Below are positions 52,378 to 63,227 of a stretch of DNA of 64,000 nt, piece by piece. The DNA is from an uncultured delta proteobacterium (GTDB lineage: Bacteria; Desulfobacterota; WTBG01; CAIYCZ01; CAIRTM01), in the NCBI GenBank assembly GCA_963804955.1, contig CAWDSQ010000025.1, positions 20,497 through 84,496 of the forward strand, given 5' to 3'. Position numbers and translations under genes: made by a program. The notes under the pieces are model-generated. The model was not told the DNA's origin and did not search any database. It saw nothing but the letters and a program-made list of their open reading frames with translations. Positions within the stretch are counted from its first letter, which is position 1, and each line of letters begins with the position of its first letter.

Positions 52378-52803
52378 TTAACAGTCAAAGACTTCCTGCT
52401 TGTGGCTGGCGAAGTCAAGATAGATGATTTTTTTCGGCACCACTTTTATAAGGACATAGTTGGGATCAGTGGGGCCCTGCTTCCAGAAAGCAGTCCATTT
52501 TTCTTTCCACTTTTCAGCCCTGATCGTATCTGAAGTCACGACTTCAGCTTCTCCGAGAGCATTGATGCTGCTATGGTCGGCAGGGCGATACACAAAAACG
52601 CTGGCCTTGCCGTTCTTCTTCACCTCGGCAACTTTGTTGGAGCCGGCGCCGGTTGCAAACCAGAAAACCATGTCATCGCCCAGGGGCATATTTTCCATCA
52701 TGCGCCCCTTGGGGCAGCCATTTTCATCAATGGTGATGAGGTTTGAATAGTCATAGGTTTTAAAAAACTGCTGAATTTTGTGTTTAAGTTCATCCTGAGA
52801 CAT
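52378..52803 (-). CDS. Pyridoxamine 5'-phosphate oxidase-like / general stress protein
   Basis: L.T.DENG.P..R.M, WFAT...S.KV, W...W..G..DPNY. Confidence 0.8.
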   Translation of the reverse strand: MSQDELKHKIQQFFKTYDYSNLITIDENGCPKGRMMENMPLGDDMVFWFATGAGSNKVAEVKKNGKASVFVYRPADHSSINALGEAEVVTSDTIRAEKWKEKWTAFWKQGPTDPNYVLIKVVPKKIIYLDFASHKQEVFDC

Positions 52804-52939
52804 ATGCATCCTCCTGTTCAGTAACCGGTTTAAATTTGTTTAGCTTTATACTATACCACAGTATGCCCGAAACGGGCAAGCTGTAAAGGGCTTATGCCTC
52901 CACTGGCTTTAAAAGCTCATAAAATAACTTCTGCCATAT

Positions 52940-53002
52940 CCGTTCGCCCTGAGCTTGTCGAAGGGCAGCCATTCATGGTTCGAGCAAGTTCACTACGAAC
53001 GG
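52940..53002. repeat. REP-like doublet overlapping the aroF stop
   Basis: CCGTTCG..CTGAGCTTGTCGAA...TTCGAGCAAGTTCAC.ACGAACGG. Confidence 0.55.
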
Positions 53003-54039
53003 CTCATTGTTATGAGTAATTTTTTACGGGCGCTCAGGTGCCCGATGCGGGCAAGCATCCGCACCTGGCTCATCAGATCCTCAAACTGGTCGGGATAGAG
53101 CGACTGCGGGCCGTCTGAAAGAGCATGCTTCGGGTCATGGTGCACCTCTATCATAAGCCCGTCAGCACCTACGGCAACGGCAGCCCGCGACAGCGGTATG
53201 ACCTGATCGCGGCGGCCGGCCGCATGACTCGGATCGGCTATAATGGGCAGATGGCTCAGCAGTTTCACGGCAGGTATGGCGCTCAGGTCAAGCGTGTTGC
53301 GCGAGTGATCCGCAAATGTGCGCACACCCCGCTCGCACAGGATGATGCGGTGGTTGCCCTGGCACATGATATGCTCGGCGGCCATGAGAAACTCGTCGAT
53401 CGTGGCAGCCATACCACGCTTCAAAAGGATAGGCTTTGAGCTTTTGCCTGCCCGCTTGAGAAGGCTGAAGTTCTGCATATTGCGCGCCCCGATCTGTATG
53501 ATGTCTGCCACTGCCTCGACCCGCCCGAGCACATCATGATCAACGGCCTCGGTCACAATGGCAAGGCCGGTGCGCTTGCGCACCTCGGCAAGGATCTCAA
53601 GCCCCTTATCCTCCAGACCCTGAAAGCTGTAGGGCGATGTGCGCGGCTTAAAAGCGCCGCCGCGGAAAATCGTGGCCCCCGCCTTTTTGACGGCCTCGGC
53701 AATGATGAGACACTGTTCAAGGCTCTCTACGGCGCAGGGGCCGGCCATCACTGCTATGTCGCCGCCGCCGATCTTCTGGTTCCCCACCGTAACCACCGTA
53801 TTTTCAGGCTTCATCTCGCGGCTCACAAGCTTGAAGGGCTTGGAAACCCGTATGGCGTCCTTCACGCCGTCAAGGGCTATAAAATTACCCGGATCGACGG
53901 GCCCGGCATTGCCAAGGATACCGATGGCGGTGCGCTGCGATCCGGGCATGGGCGCCGGGGTGAAGCCGAGTTCTTTGATGGTACGTACAACCGCGTCTAT
54001 CTGCGCCTGCGTGGCGTTTTGTTCCATTACTATAAGCAT
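52993..54039 (-). CDS. aroF: DAHP synthase type I-beta with N-terminal regulatory domain
   Basis: AGPCAVES, RGGAFKPRTSPYSFQG, QIGARNMQNF, LCERG.RTF, DPSH. Confidence 0.93.
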   Translation of the reverse strand: MLIVMEQNATQAQIDAVVRTIKELGFTPAPMPGSQRTAIGILGNAGPVDPGNFIALDGVKDAIRVSKPFKLVSREMKPENTVVTVGNQKIGGGDIAVMAGPCAVESLEQCLIIAEAVKKAGATIFRGGAFKPRTSPYSFQGLEDKGLEILAEVRKRTGLAIVTEAVDHDVLGRVEAVADIIQIGARNMQNFSLLKRAGKSSKPILLKRGMAATIDEFLMAAEHIMCQGNHRIILCERGVRTFADHSRNTLDLSAIPAVKLLSHLPIIADPSHAAGRRDQVIPLSRAAVAVGADGLMIEVHHDPKHALSDGPQSLYPDQFEDLMSQVRMLARIGHLSARKKLLITMSRS

Positions 54040-54151
54040 ACTGTCTACTCCACAAGCATGGTTGCGGGCATGCGCCCTGTATGATTAAAAAATAGTACCA
54101 TGAGACGCTGCAATCTGCAAAAAAATATATCTGCCTGCTCCTGCCAGAAAA

Positions 54152-54480
54152 CAGAAGCCGGAATCCAGAAGTCAGAAGCAGGAAAAAAGACAGTAGAAGC
54201 GTTTCAGTATATGAAATTGTCTAGCGCATGTAACGAAATCTTGTAACCGTACATCAAAAAACAGTTGAGTGCGATAGCTGTATGACTTCATTTCTGGTCA
54301 TTCCCGCTTGACGGGAATCCCTTTTGGTGTGCTGAAAAATGATTCCGGGCAAGCCATGACAAAAGTCTGTGTTGCTCGCCAACATATAAATGTTGGTTAT
54401 TGTAATTTGTTACATGCTCTAAAAAACAAACGCCTTGAATCTCCTGTGTCTTCTATTCTGGATTCTGACTACCGGTCCTG
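54152..54480. mobile_element. Nested element: heptamer arrays around a TA-flanked TIR element (54222-54421) with an internal REP
   Basis: TAGCGCATGTAACGAAAT...AATTTGTTACATGCTCTA; internal GTCATTCCCG...GGGAATCC...CCATGAC. Confidence 0.6.
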
Positions 54481-54522
54481 TGCAACTTAATTTTAAAGCC
54501 CTCTTAAAAAGTCTCGGTACGG

Positions 54523-54756
54523 GTCATTGCGGGGAGCCCTTCGGCACAGCTCAGGATAAACTCCGCGACGCGGCAATCGCGTTTTTTCGAAGCACGTATA
54601 CAGGTAGAGATTGCTTCACTTCGTTCGCAATGACAGTGCGTGGCTGATTTTACAGCATAGTGCTTTGTCATTGCGCATTACTGAAAAATGTCATTGCGAG
54701 GCCGTAGGCCGCGGCAATCTCAATAAGGCAGTTTGCTTCACGTCGTTCGCAATGGC
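54523..54756. repeat. Two GTCATTGCG...GCAATGAC REP-like doublets
   Basis: GTCATTGCG..GCGGCAATC...TTGCTTCAC.TCGTTCGCAATG occurs twice. Confidence 0.65.
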
Positions 54757-54888
54757 AGGTGCTTTTACCCCTTTATACCTTCATGAGGCCTTCTTTTGGA
54801 CAAGTTGCACCATACAGCTGCTGACTTCTTCTCCACCTCCTATGCAGATACATGTTCAGGGCTCTATAAAGTACGAGCCCTGATAGTC

Positions 54889-55566
54889 CTACCTGTTTTC
54901 CCGCTCCCACTGCACAGCCCGGTCATACTGCTCAAAAAGCATTTCCCTGCGGCGGAACTCTTTGGCATGAATGCTGCGCCTGCCGTTTTTGACCTCACTT
55001 TCCATAACAGCATGAAGCATTTCATGGTAGACGATAAACTCAAGGTAAAACAGCGGCACGCGGCGGCTGTCCAGAACAGGGTTGATGCGGATAAGGTTTC
55101 GCTCTTCCAGATACGTGCCCAGGGTGCGGCGGGCCGGGAAACGGCGCGCCCCCTTGCGGCCCCAGGTAATGGCAGCGGTTACCGCCCCGTCGAAATAGCG
55201 GCTGTTGAGGGCGTCGAAGATCGGGGTGAGATCATAGTGCCTGCCGCAGGGGTTTATGGTAATGCGGCGCGGAGCCGGCGATTTTAAGGCATGCCGGTTA
55301 CTGCTGATAAAAGCACGTGTATGCTTCATCGGGCAGCGGCGGTTTTTTATAAATCCGGCGATTTCATCAAGAATGCAGGTGTCGGACCCGAGAAACAGGC
55401 GATGCAGCCGCAGCGCCACGGTCGTATCCTTTTTCCGGAAAGAAATCATGGACGTTGCATTTTCAGTGACCACAAGAGAAATGGTCTTGCCGGTCTTCTT
55501 CTGGAGATAGGCAACGACATGCTTTTCATCATGCGTCGCAGGAAATGGCAGTTTCAACTGATGCAT
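54889..55566 (-). CDS. SprT-like zinc metalloprotease-domain protein
   Basis: LN..YF.G, ITWG, IRINPVLD, HEMLH (HExxH), H..EFR..E. Confidence 0.8.
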   Translation of the reverse strand: MHQLKLPFPATHDEKHVVAYLQKKTGKTISLVVTENATSMISFRKKDTTVALRLHRLFLGSDTCILDEIAGFIKNRRCPMKHTRAFISSNRHALKSPAPRRITINPCGRHYDLTPIFDALNSRYFDGAVTAAITWGRKGARRFPARRTLGTYLEERNLIRINPVLDSRRVPLFYLEFIVYHEMLHAVMESEVKNGRRSIHAKEFRRREMLFEQYDRAVQWERENR

Positions 55567-55587
55567 TGTTTAAGGTCCTTTAGTGCA

Positions 55588-55809
55588 AGAAGCCAGTAGC
55601 CAGTAGTCAGAAGTCAGAATTCAGCATTGAAGACACTGCAGCTTCAAAAAGTTTATTTGTTTGTTTTTCCTGACAATAAGATACTGCAACATTTCCGCTG
55701 TTTTTTCCATACTGACTTCAAAATCTTTAATTCCGAAGTCCTGCTTCTGAATTCCGGCTTCTGACTCCTGGCTACTGGATTCTGATTCTGCCTCCTGGAT
55801 TCTGGATTC
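55588..55809. repeat. Heptamer inverted-array element without the inner TIR insertion
   Basis: AGAAGCC-AGTAGCC-AGTAGTC-AGAAGTC-AGAATTC on the left, about 9 TTCTGxx units on the right; core resembles 43500-43560. Confidence 0.7.
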
Positions 55810-57271
55810 AATTTTTATGCTCCTGGGCCGGAGCCTGTTCCGATTCGACCCTGCCCGTGCGGTCAAATGTCTTTCTGCTGACAAGCTCACCATCGGCATA
55901 TGATTCAAGAACGCGCAGCCGGCTGTTTTCAAAAAACTCGCGCGCCTCTGCCGGCTCTCCGGCGGCAAAAACCGTCTCTCCGGTCAGGTGTCCGAAATCG
56001 TCATAATACCTGGTAAGCCCGTCGAGCCTGCCTGCCGCGTACAGCCTTTCTTCCATAATGCCCCTGCCGGGATACCAGGTGCGCAGCACGCCTTCAAGCA
56101 TATTTTCGCGATAGTTCTCCTGGCAGATACGCCGCCCGCGCTCGTCCTGCCAGCGCGCCGGGCCATTGAGCCTGCCGTTTGCATACAGAAACCCGGCAGC
56201 CGGAACGCCGTTTTCATGATAGATCACTGCCGGGCCGTCAAGCAGCCCGCGGACAGCCTGATGCCGGCGCTGCAGCCTGCCCTTGCGGTCATACATTCTG
56301 CATGGGCCGTCAGGCAAACCCGCATGATAACTCTCTGCCATCTCCACCCGGCCGTTTTCGAAATACACAACCGAGTCGCCCTCACGCAGGTCTTCGGCAT
56401 ACCGCTCTTCGGCAAGCACCGTGCCGCTGCGGTAATACCGCGTTGCCGTGCCCTCACGCCTGCCCTGTACATACGGCGTCAGGCTGCGCACTCTGCCGTC
56501 CGAAAAAAATGTTTTCAGAATGCCGTCGAGCTTCCCGGCTGTATAGGGCAGCTCTGCGCTCAGCGTTGTGTCTGCAGCATATTCCAGAAAGGCGCCCTCC
56601 GGCAATCCGTTGCGGCAGACGCCGCTGCGATAGACGCCGCCTGTTTCATAATACTCCGTGCGCTGCCCCTCGGCCATGCCTGCATAAAAACCGGTTTGCG
56701 CTTTGAGCCGGCCGCTTTCATAATACTCGCTCACCACACCCTGAATCACGCCTGCCTGCACAGGCTCTTCTTTCAAAACCCCGCCTTTTTCAAAGCGGGT
56801 AATGCGCAGCCCGTCTTCCGTGCCGTTTATATATACGCTTTGGGTTTTCACCCCGCCGCTGGCATAATAGCTGACCGAGAGGCCCTCGCGTATGCCGTTC
56901 CGCCAGGCAGCCGTAAAGGCCCGTTTTCCATTGTCAAAAAAGGTGGTGGTGCAGCCGTCAAGCAAGCCCTTGCGGTACTGCTCTTTTTTGGTCAGCACGC
57001 ATGATGCCCCATAGTGCCATGCCGCGCCATGCAGCACGCCCCCCGTATACTGTTCTACCCGCTGCAGGCTGCCGCCGGGGTAGTAATACCGCGCAGCGCC
57101 CTCCGGCCTGCCGTCTTTGAGCGGAACCTCCATTTTAAGAGCTCCATCCGGATAGTAGTCGCGGCGCACATCACCTGAGCAGCCGGCCAGCAGGAGCACT
57201 GCCGCCACGGCAACAAAACACCTGCCCGCAAATATGCTGGTTCTGTAATTAATGCTTTGACAGATCATCAA
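55808..57271 (-). CDS. MORN-variant repeat lipoprotein (YwqK-like)
   Basis: LLAGC lipobox; many YY..G.L.....Y..G..EG repeats. Confidence 0.85.
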   Translation of the reverse strand: MMICQSINYRTSIFAGRCFVAVAAVLLLAGCSGDVRRDYYPDGALKMEVPLKDGRPEGAARYYYPGGSLQRVEQYTGGVLHGAAWHYGASCVLTKKEQYRKGLLDGCTTTFFDNGKRAFTAAWRNGIREGLSVSYYASGGVKTQSVYINGTEDGLRITRFEKGGVLKEEPVQAGVIQGVVSEYYESGRLKAQTGFYAGMAEGQRTEYYETGGVYRSGVCRNGLPEGAFLEYAADTTLSAELPYTAGKLDGILKTFFSDGRVRSLTPYVQGRREGTATRYYRSGTVLAEERYAEDLREGDSVVYFENGRVEMAESYHAGLPDGPCRMYDRKGRLQRRHQAVRGLLDGPAVIYHENGVPAAGFLYANGRLNGPARWQDERGRRICQENYRENMLEGVLRTWYPGRGIMEERLYAAGRLDGLTRYYDDFGHLTGETVFAAGEPAEAREFFENSRLRVLESYADGELVSRKTFDRTGRVESEQAPAQEHKN

Positions 57272-57312
57272 TGCATGCCCATAATGACAAAAAATTTCAC
57301 TGTCCGGGACCT

Positions 57313-58464
57313 ATGACAAAAGAACTCGCAGCGCTGCTCGCAACCGTGTTTCTGCTTGCCGTCGGCATGAGCTTCACCGCACCGCTCATACCCCTGCTCA
57401 TGAAAAGCTTCGGGGCCACCACAGCCGCAATCGGCCAGATACAGACAACATACTTTATCGCTTTCACCCTTGCAACCTCCCTGTTGGGCAGATGGATCGA
57501 ACGGGCCGGATCAAAGCGCATGATCCTTGCCGGGCTTGCCCTGTTCGGCGCATCTCTGCTGGCCATGCCGTATCTGCCTTCGCTTGCGTGGTTTTATTTT
57601 ATCCGCATAGCTCAGGGCATCGGCTCGGCACTCCTGTTTGCCCCGACCGAGGCAGCCATCAATGCCGTATCTCCGCCGGAGCGCCGCTCGACCAATATGG
57701 GGCTCTACGGTCTTGTATTCGGCATTGGATTTGCCGCAGGCCCGGTGATCGGCACAAGCCTCTGGGCTTTCAACCAGGCCGCTCCTTTTCTTGCCGCGGC
57801 ACTGAGCTGCACAGCTGCCATAGCCGTTCTTCAGGTATTATACCATGAACACCAGGTTCCCATCAGCAGAACCGAGTATGATTTTTTCAGGCTCATCAGC
57901 GTGCTTAAAATTCCGCTCACGGCAGCAGCCTGTTATGCCGTGGTGGAAATTTCAATGGCATCCTTTTTATCTCTGTATCTTGACCGGCTCGGCTTCGGGG
58001 GTGCCCGCCTTGGCATGGTATTCACCCTTTTTGCAATCGGCGGCGTGCTGTCGCCATTCCCGGCGGGCAGGCTCGCCGACCGGTTCGGCAAACAGGCGGT
58101 TCTGAAGGCATGCGGGGTTCTGCTTGTCTGCACGACCGTCGCATTTACTTTTTTTCATTCGTACTGGGCCATCTGCGGCCTTACCTGCTGCGTGGGAATA
58201 GTCGCAGGCGCACTCTATCCCGTATCCCTTGCCCTGATAGGCGAGCTCGTGCCGCCGGAAAAATTCGGCACGGCAAATGCTTCGTTCAGCTTTTTCTATG
58301 GCCTGGGGTCCATCGCAGGGCCCCTTGTAACGGGATGGGTGCTGGAGCTGACCTCAATTATGTATCTTTTTTACCCCATAGCTGCCGCAGCCATTGTCTT
58401 CACGCTGGTCACGGCATCGCACCACACCTCAGGATATTCGCCGGAACCGCAAATTACACCTTGA
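57313..58464 (+). CDS. MFS transporter
   Basis: About 12 hydrophobic segments; G.LADRFGK and R..QGIG motifs. Confidence 0.9.
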   Translation: MTKELAALLATVFLLAVGMSFTAPLIPLLMKSFGATTAAIGQIQTTYFIAFTLATSLLGRWIERAGSKRMILAGLALFGASLLAMPYLPSLAWFYFIRIAQGIGSALLFAPTEAAINAVSPPERRSTNMGLYGLVFGIGFAAGPVIGTSLWAFNQAAPFLAAALSCTAAIAVLQVLYHEHQVPISRTEYDFFRLISVLKIPLTAAACYAVVEISMASFLSLYLDRLGFGGARLGMVFTLFAIGGVLSPFPAGRLADRFGKQAVLKACGVLLVCTTVAFTFFHSYWAICGLTCCVGIVAGALYPVSLALIGELVPPEKFGTANASFSFFYGLGSIAGPLVTGWVLELTSIMYLFYPIAAAAIVFTLVTASHHTSGYSPEPQITP

Positions 58465-58567
58465 CACATCATCGATAGCTTTATATATTTTTAAAATAAA
58501 TTTGCTTTCTTGTTCATTAAATATCTCCCTTAAGGCCTGAAGACGGGCGACTAAAAAAGGAGCAGCC

Positions 58568-59265
58568 ATGAAGGTCACGGTCGTTATTCCCACGAAGAAT
58601 GAAGAGCACAACCTGCTCGAAGTTATCGAACGCGTTCGCCCCTATGCCGATGAAATACTGGTGGTGGACGGCCATTCAACCGACCGGACGCGGGAAGTGG
58701 CCGAAGCGGCAGGCGTGCGGGTCATTCTCGACAATCAAAAGGGCAAGGGAGCAGCGCTGCGGCATGTGATAAATTTCGTCGACAACTGAAATCACCGTCT
58801 TCATCGATGCCGACGGCTCCCATGATCCGGAGGACATTCCCAAGCTCATCGTATCCCCTCCTCAAGGACGAGGCGGATCATGTGGTGGCCTCCCGGCTCA
58901 TGGGCGGCTCAAGCGAGCTGCACGGCGGGTTTGACGAATTCTTCCGCCTGGCGGGCAGTTCCTTCATCACGGCTATGATAAACTGGCGCTTCAAGGTCAA
59001 GCTCAGCGAAAGCCAGAACGGATTTCGCGCCATCAAAACCGATGTCATGAAACAGCTGGGCCTTGAGGAGAACATCACCACGATCGAGCAGGAAATGACC
59101 ATGAAGACCCTGAAAAAGGGCTTTCGCATGGCTGAGGTGCCGTCTCATGAACACACGCGCAAAATGGGCTATTCCAAAATCAGCGTAAAAAAAGTCGCTT
59201 TCAGATATGTCTATACCCTATTTAAGTATCTGTTTTTTCTAACCGCGCAGAAGCGGGCAGCTTGA
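58568..59265 (+). CDS. Glycosyltransferase family 2, DPM1-like (frameshifts near 58785 and 58855)
   Basis: VVIPTKNEE, VVDG.STD.T, GKG.A, FIDADGSHDP, GFRA. Confidence 0.85.
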
Positions 59266-59301
59266 CGCCGTGCCGCTCGTTTCGGCATTCAGGACCGCCA
59301 C

Positions 59302-60736
59302 ATGAATATTCTGCTTTGTGAACCCGCCGGCAGAGCTCAATAAAAAATTCATCCGCGAAGGCCGCTGCACGCAGGAGCAGGGCGCCTGGGGCACCCTCTG
59401 GCCGCCCGTATCGCTTGCCATGACCGGCGCCGTGCTTGAAAAGGACGGGCATGCTGTTCGTATCATCGACTGCCCGGCATGCGCCATGAGCTTTGAAGCG
59501 CTGGAGCAGCGAGCTGCGGCAGCTTCACTCCCCGGCTGGTCATCTGGAGCACGGGCACGCCCTCCATTGCCGGAGATCTTGCCTTTGCCGGTGCTGTTAA
59601 AAAAATTCTGCCGGCATGCACAACCGCTGTTTTCGGCACCCATGTCACCGCCCTTGACCGGCAGTGTCTGCAGGCAGCGCCTGCCCTTGACTGCATCATC
59701 CGCAATGAGCCCGAGCTGACCGCCCGCGATCTTGCGCAGGCCATTGCATCCAATCAGCCCTTTGCAGCTGTTACCGGGCTTACCTGGCGTGATCCCGCGG
59801 GGCCCATCATCTCCAACCCGGCCCGCCCCTTTATCGACAATCTCGACAGTCTGCCGTTTCCGGCCTGGCATCTGCTGCCGCACCAGCAGTACCTGCTGCC
59901 CCTCAAGGGCCGCCCCTTTCTCATTATCGCGCCGCAGCGGGGCTGCCCCTTCAACTGCACCTTCTGCACCTGCCAGACCTATTACGGAAAAAAACTGCGC
60001 ACCCGCTCAACGGCAAACATCATTGCCGAAATACAATATGACATGGAGCGCTTCGGCGTTCGCGACTTTTTTTTCTGGGCAGAAACCTTTGTGATAGACC
60101 GGCAGCATGTGGCAGAGCTCTGCCAGGCCATGCTCGACGCCAATCTCGACATTACCTGGACCTGCAACAGCCGGATCGATATCGTCGATGAAAAGCTGTT
60201 AAAGCTCATGGCGCGGGCAGGCTGCTGGATGATAAGCTATGGCATAGAGTCGGCAGACCAGCAGGTGCTCGACGCGGTGCGCAAAGGCACCCGCGTTGAG
60301 CAGGCGGCGGCGGCTGTTTCGCTTGCCCGGGCTGCAGGCATGAAAACCGCCGGGCATTTCATCTTCGGCCTGCCGGGGGATACTGAAGAGGCGATGCAAA
60401 AAACCCTGAAGCTCGCCCGCAGCCTGCGGCTTGACGTGGCGCAGTTCTACAGCGCAGTGCCGTTCCCCGGAAGTGCGCTCTATGAACAGGCCCTTGAGCA
60501 GGGCTGGATAGAAACAACGGATTTTGCCGGTTTCAGCCAGAACAGCTCTGTCATGCGCACTGCCCGGCCTGTCGCCAGAAACAGTAAACCGCTGCCGCGC
60601 TGCGGCATACCGGCAGTTTTATTTCAATCCCCTTACCTGGCTGCGGACACTGCGCATGTTTGAATGGCAGGGATTAAAAAGCATGTTTTATGCAGCCGGC
60701 GCTATTTCTGCGCTGGGGGAAATGAGTTTGGAGTAA
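59302..60736 (+). CDS. B12-binding radical SAM protein (several frameshifts)
   Basis: NPP, WPP.SLA, RGCPFNCTFC (CxxxCxxC), YGIES, FIFGLPGDT, P.PGS.LY. Confidence 0.85.
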
Positions 60737-60737
60737 T

Positions 60738-60921
60738 GAGTTCGGAGTTCGGAGTTCAGAGGATTCACGATTCATGATTCAACATTCAAAAAAGGAATGA
60801 AAGCGGGCAGACTGTAAGATTTCTTACAAGCACGGAGAAAAAGTTCGTGAGTTCGGCTTCTGACTTTTTTTTCTAAATCTTTAATCCTTTTCTCCGAACT
60901 CCGAACACCCAACTCCGAACT
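60738..60921. repeat. GAGTTCG / CTCCGAA heptamer inverted arrays
   Basis: GAGTTCG-GAGTTCG-GAGTTCA on the left; CTCCGAA-CTCCGAA..CTCCGAA on the right. Confidence 0.65.
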
Positions 60922-60964
60922 TTCTTCATGGCTTCTGACAAAGCAATAATTTTTTATTACTATC

Positions 60965-61678
60965 ATGACAACCCTCATCATTGCCGCAACCGAATTAGAG
61001 ATTTCATGGCTTGCCGGGCAATTGCATGCCACGCATGACAGGCCCCTGCTTGACTTCCCCGTCTATCATGCCGATGGCCGCCCGGCCCGCATACTGCTGA
61101 TTATCAGCGGCCCGGGCATGGCAAATGCTGCCGCAGCATGCGCTGCGGCAATTGAGCGCTATCGCCCGACCCGCATATGTAATGCAGGCATATGCGGCGT
61201 TTATGCAGGGGACAGCACACTTCTGGGCAAGGCTGTTATCGGCGCACAGGCAATCTTTGCCGACACCGGAGCCGCAGGCGATACTGCTTTTCAATCCCTT
61301 CAGGACATACACCTTCCTCTTGCGCGCTCCGCTGGCGAAGACATCTATACTACCGTCAGGCTCAACTGTGCAGCAGCACCGCATGACAGCTTGCTGGCTC
61401 ATTTTCTGACAGTTGCCTCGATTTCCGGCAGCCCTGCTATGGCAGCAAAGCTCTCCGGCCGGTTCACGCCCCCGGCAGGCACACTGCTCTGCGAAGATAT
61501 GGAATCTGCGGCAGTAGCGCTTGTTGCCCTGCGGGCGGGCATTCCCTGCACCGTGGTGCGGGGCATATCAAATCTCTGCGGGCAGCGCGATCATGCCCAC
61601 TGGAAAATCAGGGAAGCGGCTCAGGCCGCACAGGAACTGCTGCTTGAAATACTGCACTGTCATGAAAAGACCACTTAA
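60965..61678 (+). CDS. mqnB: Futalosine hydrolase-like nucleosidase
   Basis: AAT..E, G.GMANAA, G.CG.Y, EDMESAA, RGISN..G.RD...W; adjacent to mqnD. Confidence 0.78.
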   Translation: MTTLIIAATELEISWLAGQLHATHDRPLLDFPVYHADGRPARILLIISGPGMANAAAACAAAIERYRPTRICNAGICGVYAGDSTLLGKAVIGAQAIFADTGAAGDTAFQSLQDIHLPLARSAGEDIYTTVRLNCAAAPHDSLLAHFLTVASISGSPAMAAKLSGRFTPPAGTLLCEDMESAAVALVALRAGIPCTVVRGISNLCGQRDHAHWKIREAAQAAQELLLEILHCHEKTT

Positions 61679-62471
61679 GCTCGGCATCTCGCCATGCCCC
61701 AATGACACCTATATTTTTGATGCCTGGGTGAACGGCAGGCTCGGCCCTGATGCTCCGGCGGTTGACTGCCGGCTGGAAGATGTCTCAACGCTCAATGACC
61801 TTGCCTTCGGCCACGGGCTTGATGTGGCAAAAGTCTCCTTTTACGCCTATGGCCGCCTGCGCGACAGCTACGAGCTTCTGAATGCAGGCGGGGCGCTGGG
61901 CCGGGGCTGCGGCCCCCTCATCGTGGCGGGAAAGCCGGGCATCGCCCCTGAACAGCTTGCCAGCCTGCGCATTGCCGTGCCCGGCCGCTGGACAACGGCC
62001 AACCTGCTGTTGTCTCTCTACGCGCCCGGGGCTCACAACAAAGAGTATATGAGCTTTGATGACATCATGCCTGCTGTTGCCGCAGGCCGTGTCGATGCCG
62101 GCGTCATCATCCATGAGGGCAGATTTACCTATCAGAACTATGGCCTGTGCCTGCTGGAGGATCTTGGGTCATGGTGGGAAAGCACCACAGGGCATCCGAT
62201 CCCGCTCGGGGCCATCATTGCGAAAAAAAGAGCTGGGGCCTGACACCATTGCGGCTGTTGAGTCAGCCATCCGCGCAAGCCTGCAGCATGCCCGAGCCAA
62301 CCCGGCTGCAGCCCGCGCCTTCATGCAGCAGCATGCCGCCGAAATGGATGAAGCCGTCATGGACAGCCATGTCGCCCTGTATGTAAATGAGTACAGCCTT
62401 GATTTCGGCCCCGACGGCATCGCCGCTATTGAGCATTTGCTTGGGCTGGCGCAGAAAAAGGGCTCCTGTAG
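61662..62471 (+). CDS. mqnD: 1,4-dihydroxy-6-naphthoate synthase (frameshift near 62225; 3' end uncertain)
   Basis: SPCPNDT.IF, GGALGRGCGPL, TTANLL, IIHEGRFTY, PIPLG, H..LYVNEYS. Confidence 0.9.
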
Positions 62472-62531
62472 CAGAAGGATACCATCATCCGTGAAGCTGC
62501 AAAACAGGGTTCAGGGGCTGGGGTGGAAGGT

Positions 62532-62888
62532 TCAATAAATCTCAAAACGGTTTTTCAGACTCAGCAGCTTTCTGTCTAATGTATGCAGGCGCATGCCTGA
62601 GGCAACAGCAGATGCCAGCAAATGCGCATCAACCCAGCCGACACCTTTGCCATACAGTTTACTTGTGTTGATAAACGACAGCACAACCTGATCGGAAAGC
62701 AGTTTTGCCTGAGGCATGGTGAGCATCAGCGATATGATTTCATCTCTGTTTTTTAAATTACCGCAGGCAAGCTCACCGACAATGAAAGGATGAACGGCAA
62801 CTACGCCCTCCAAGAGGAGTGCCCGCAAGTGAGCATTATCATTTCTGAAATGGTCTATCCAGATCGAGGTATCGGCAAGCACCATCAT
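62532..62888 (-). CDS. vapC: VapC PIN-domain toxin
   Basis: L.DTSIWIDH, HPF..GELACG, GWVDAHLLAS, TLD. Confidence 0.9.
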   Translation of the reverse strand: MMVLADTSIWIDHFRNDNAHLRALLLEGVVAVHPFIVGELACGNLKNRDEIISLMLTMPQAKLLSDQVVLSFINTSKLYGKGVGWVDAHLLASAVASGMRLHTLDRKLLSLKNRFEIY

Positions 62889-63085
62889 TCAGCCGCGCCT
62901 TTTCTGCGGCGAGGAACTGCGAGCGCTCTTTTATCCGAGCCGCCGAGCATGGCAAGCCGCCTGCTGTTGTGCTGAGCAATCAACGCCTCAAGCCCCGCAT
63001 GTATGAGAGGTGTTTTATCATGAATATTGGTAATAGCAATCGCCTTCTTTACAAGATCATCATTTAAGGTAACCGTTGCTTTCAT
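62885..63085 (-). CDS. vapB: VapB antitoxin
   Basis: MK.TV.L.DDL...A...T, RRLA.LGGS; 4-nt overlap with vapC. Confidence 0.85.
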   Translation of the reverse strand: MKATVTLNDDLVKKAIAITNIHDKTPLIHAGLEALIAQHNSRRLAMLGGSDKRALAVPRRRKGAAE

Positions 63086-63227
63086 AGTATGATCTCCTGT
63101 CTTTTTATAAAATTATATCATATCTTCCAAGACACCCTCAACAATCTTTATTCCTTCGTCAGACCGTAGAGATCATGCTCCCATGAAATGTCGAATTTCA
63201 TGCTTCAATAGCACCTGCTCGAAGCTG

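Noticed and set aside
55588..55809. CRISPR array
   Set aside because: Units are contiguous degenerate 7-mers with no unique spacers, and there are no cas genes.
58780..58810. In-frame TGA in the GT2 gene as a selenocysteine codon
   Set aside because: The conserved continuation (TEITVFIDADGSH) is in another frame, so this is an indel, not readthrough.
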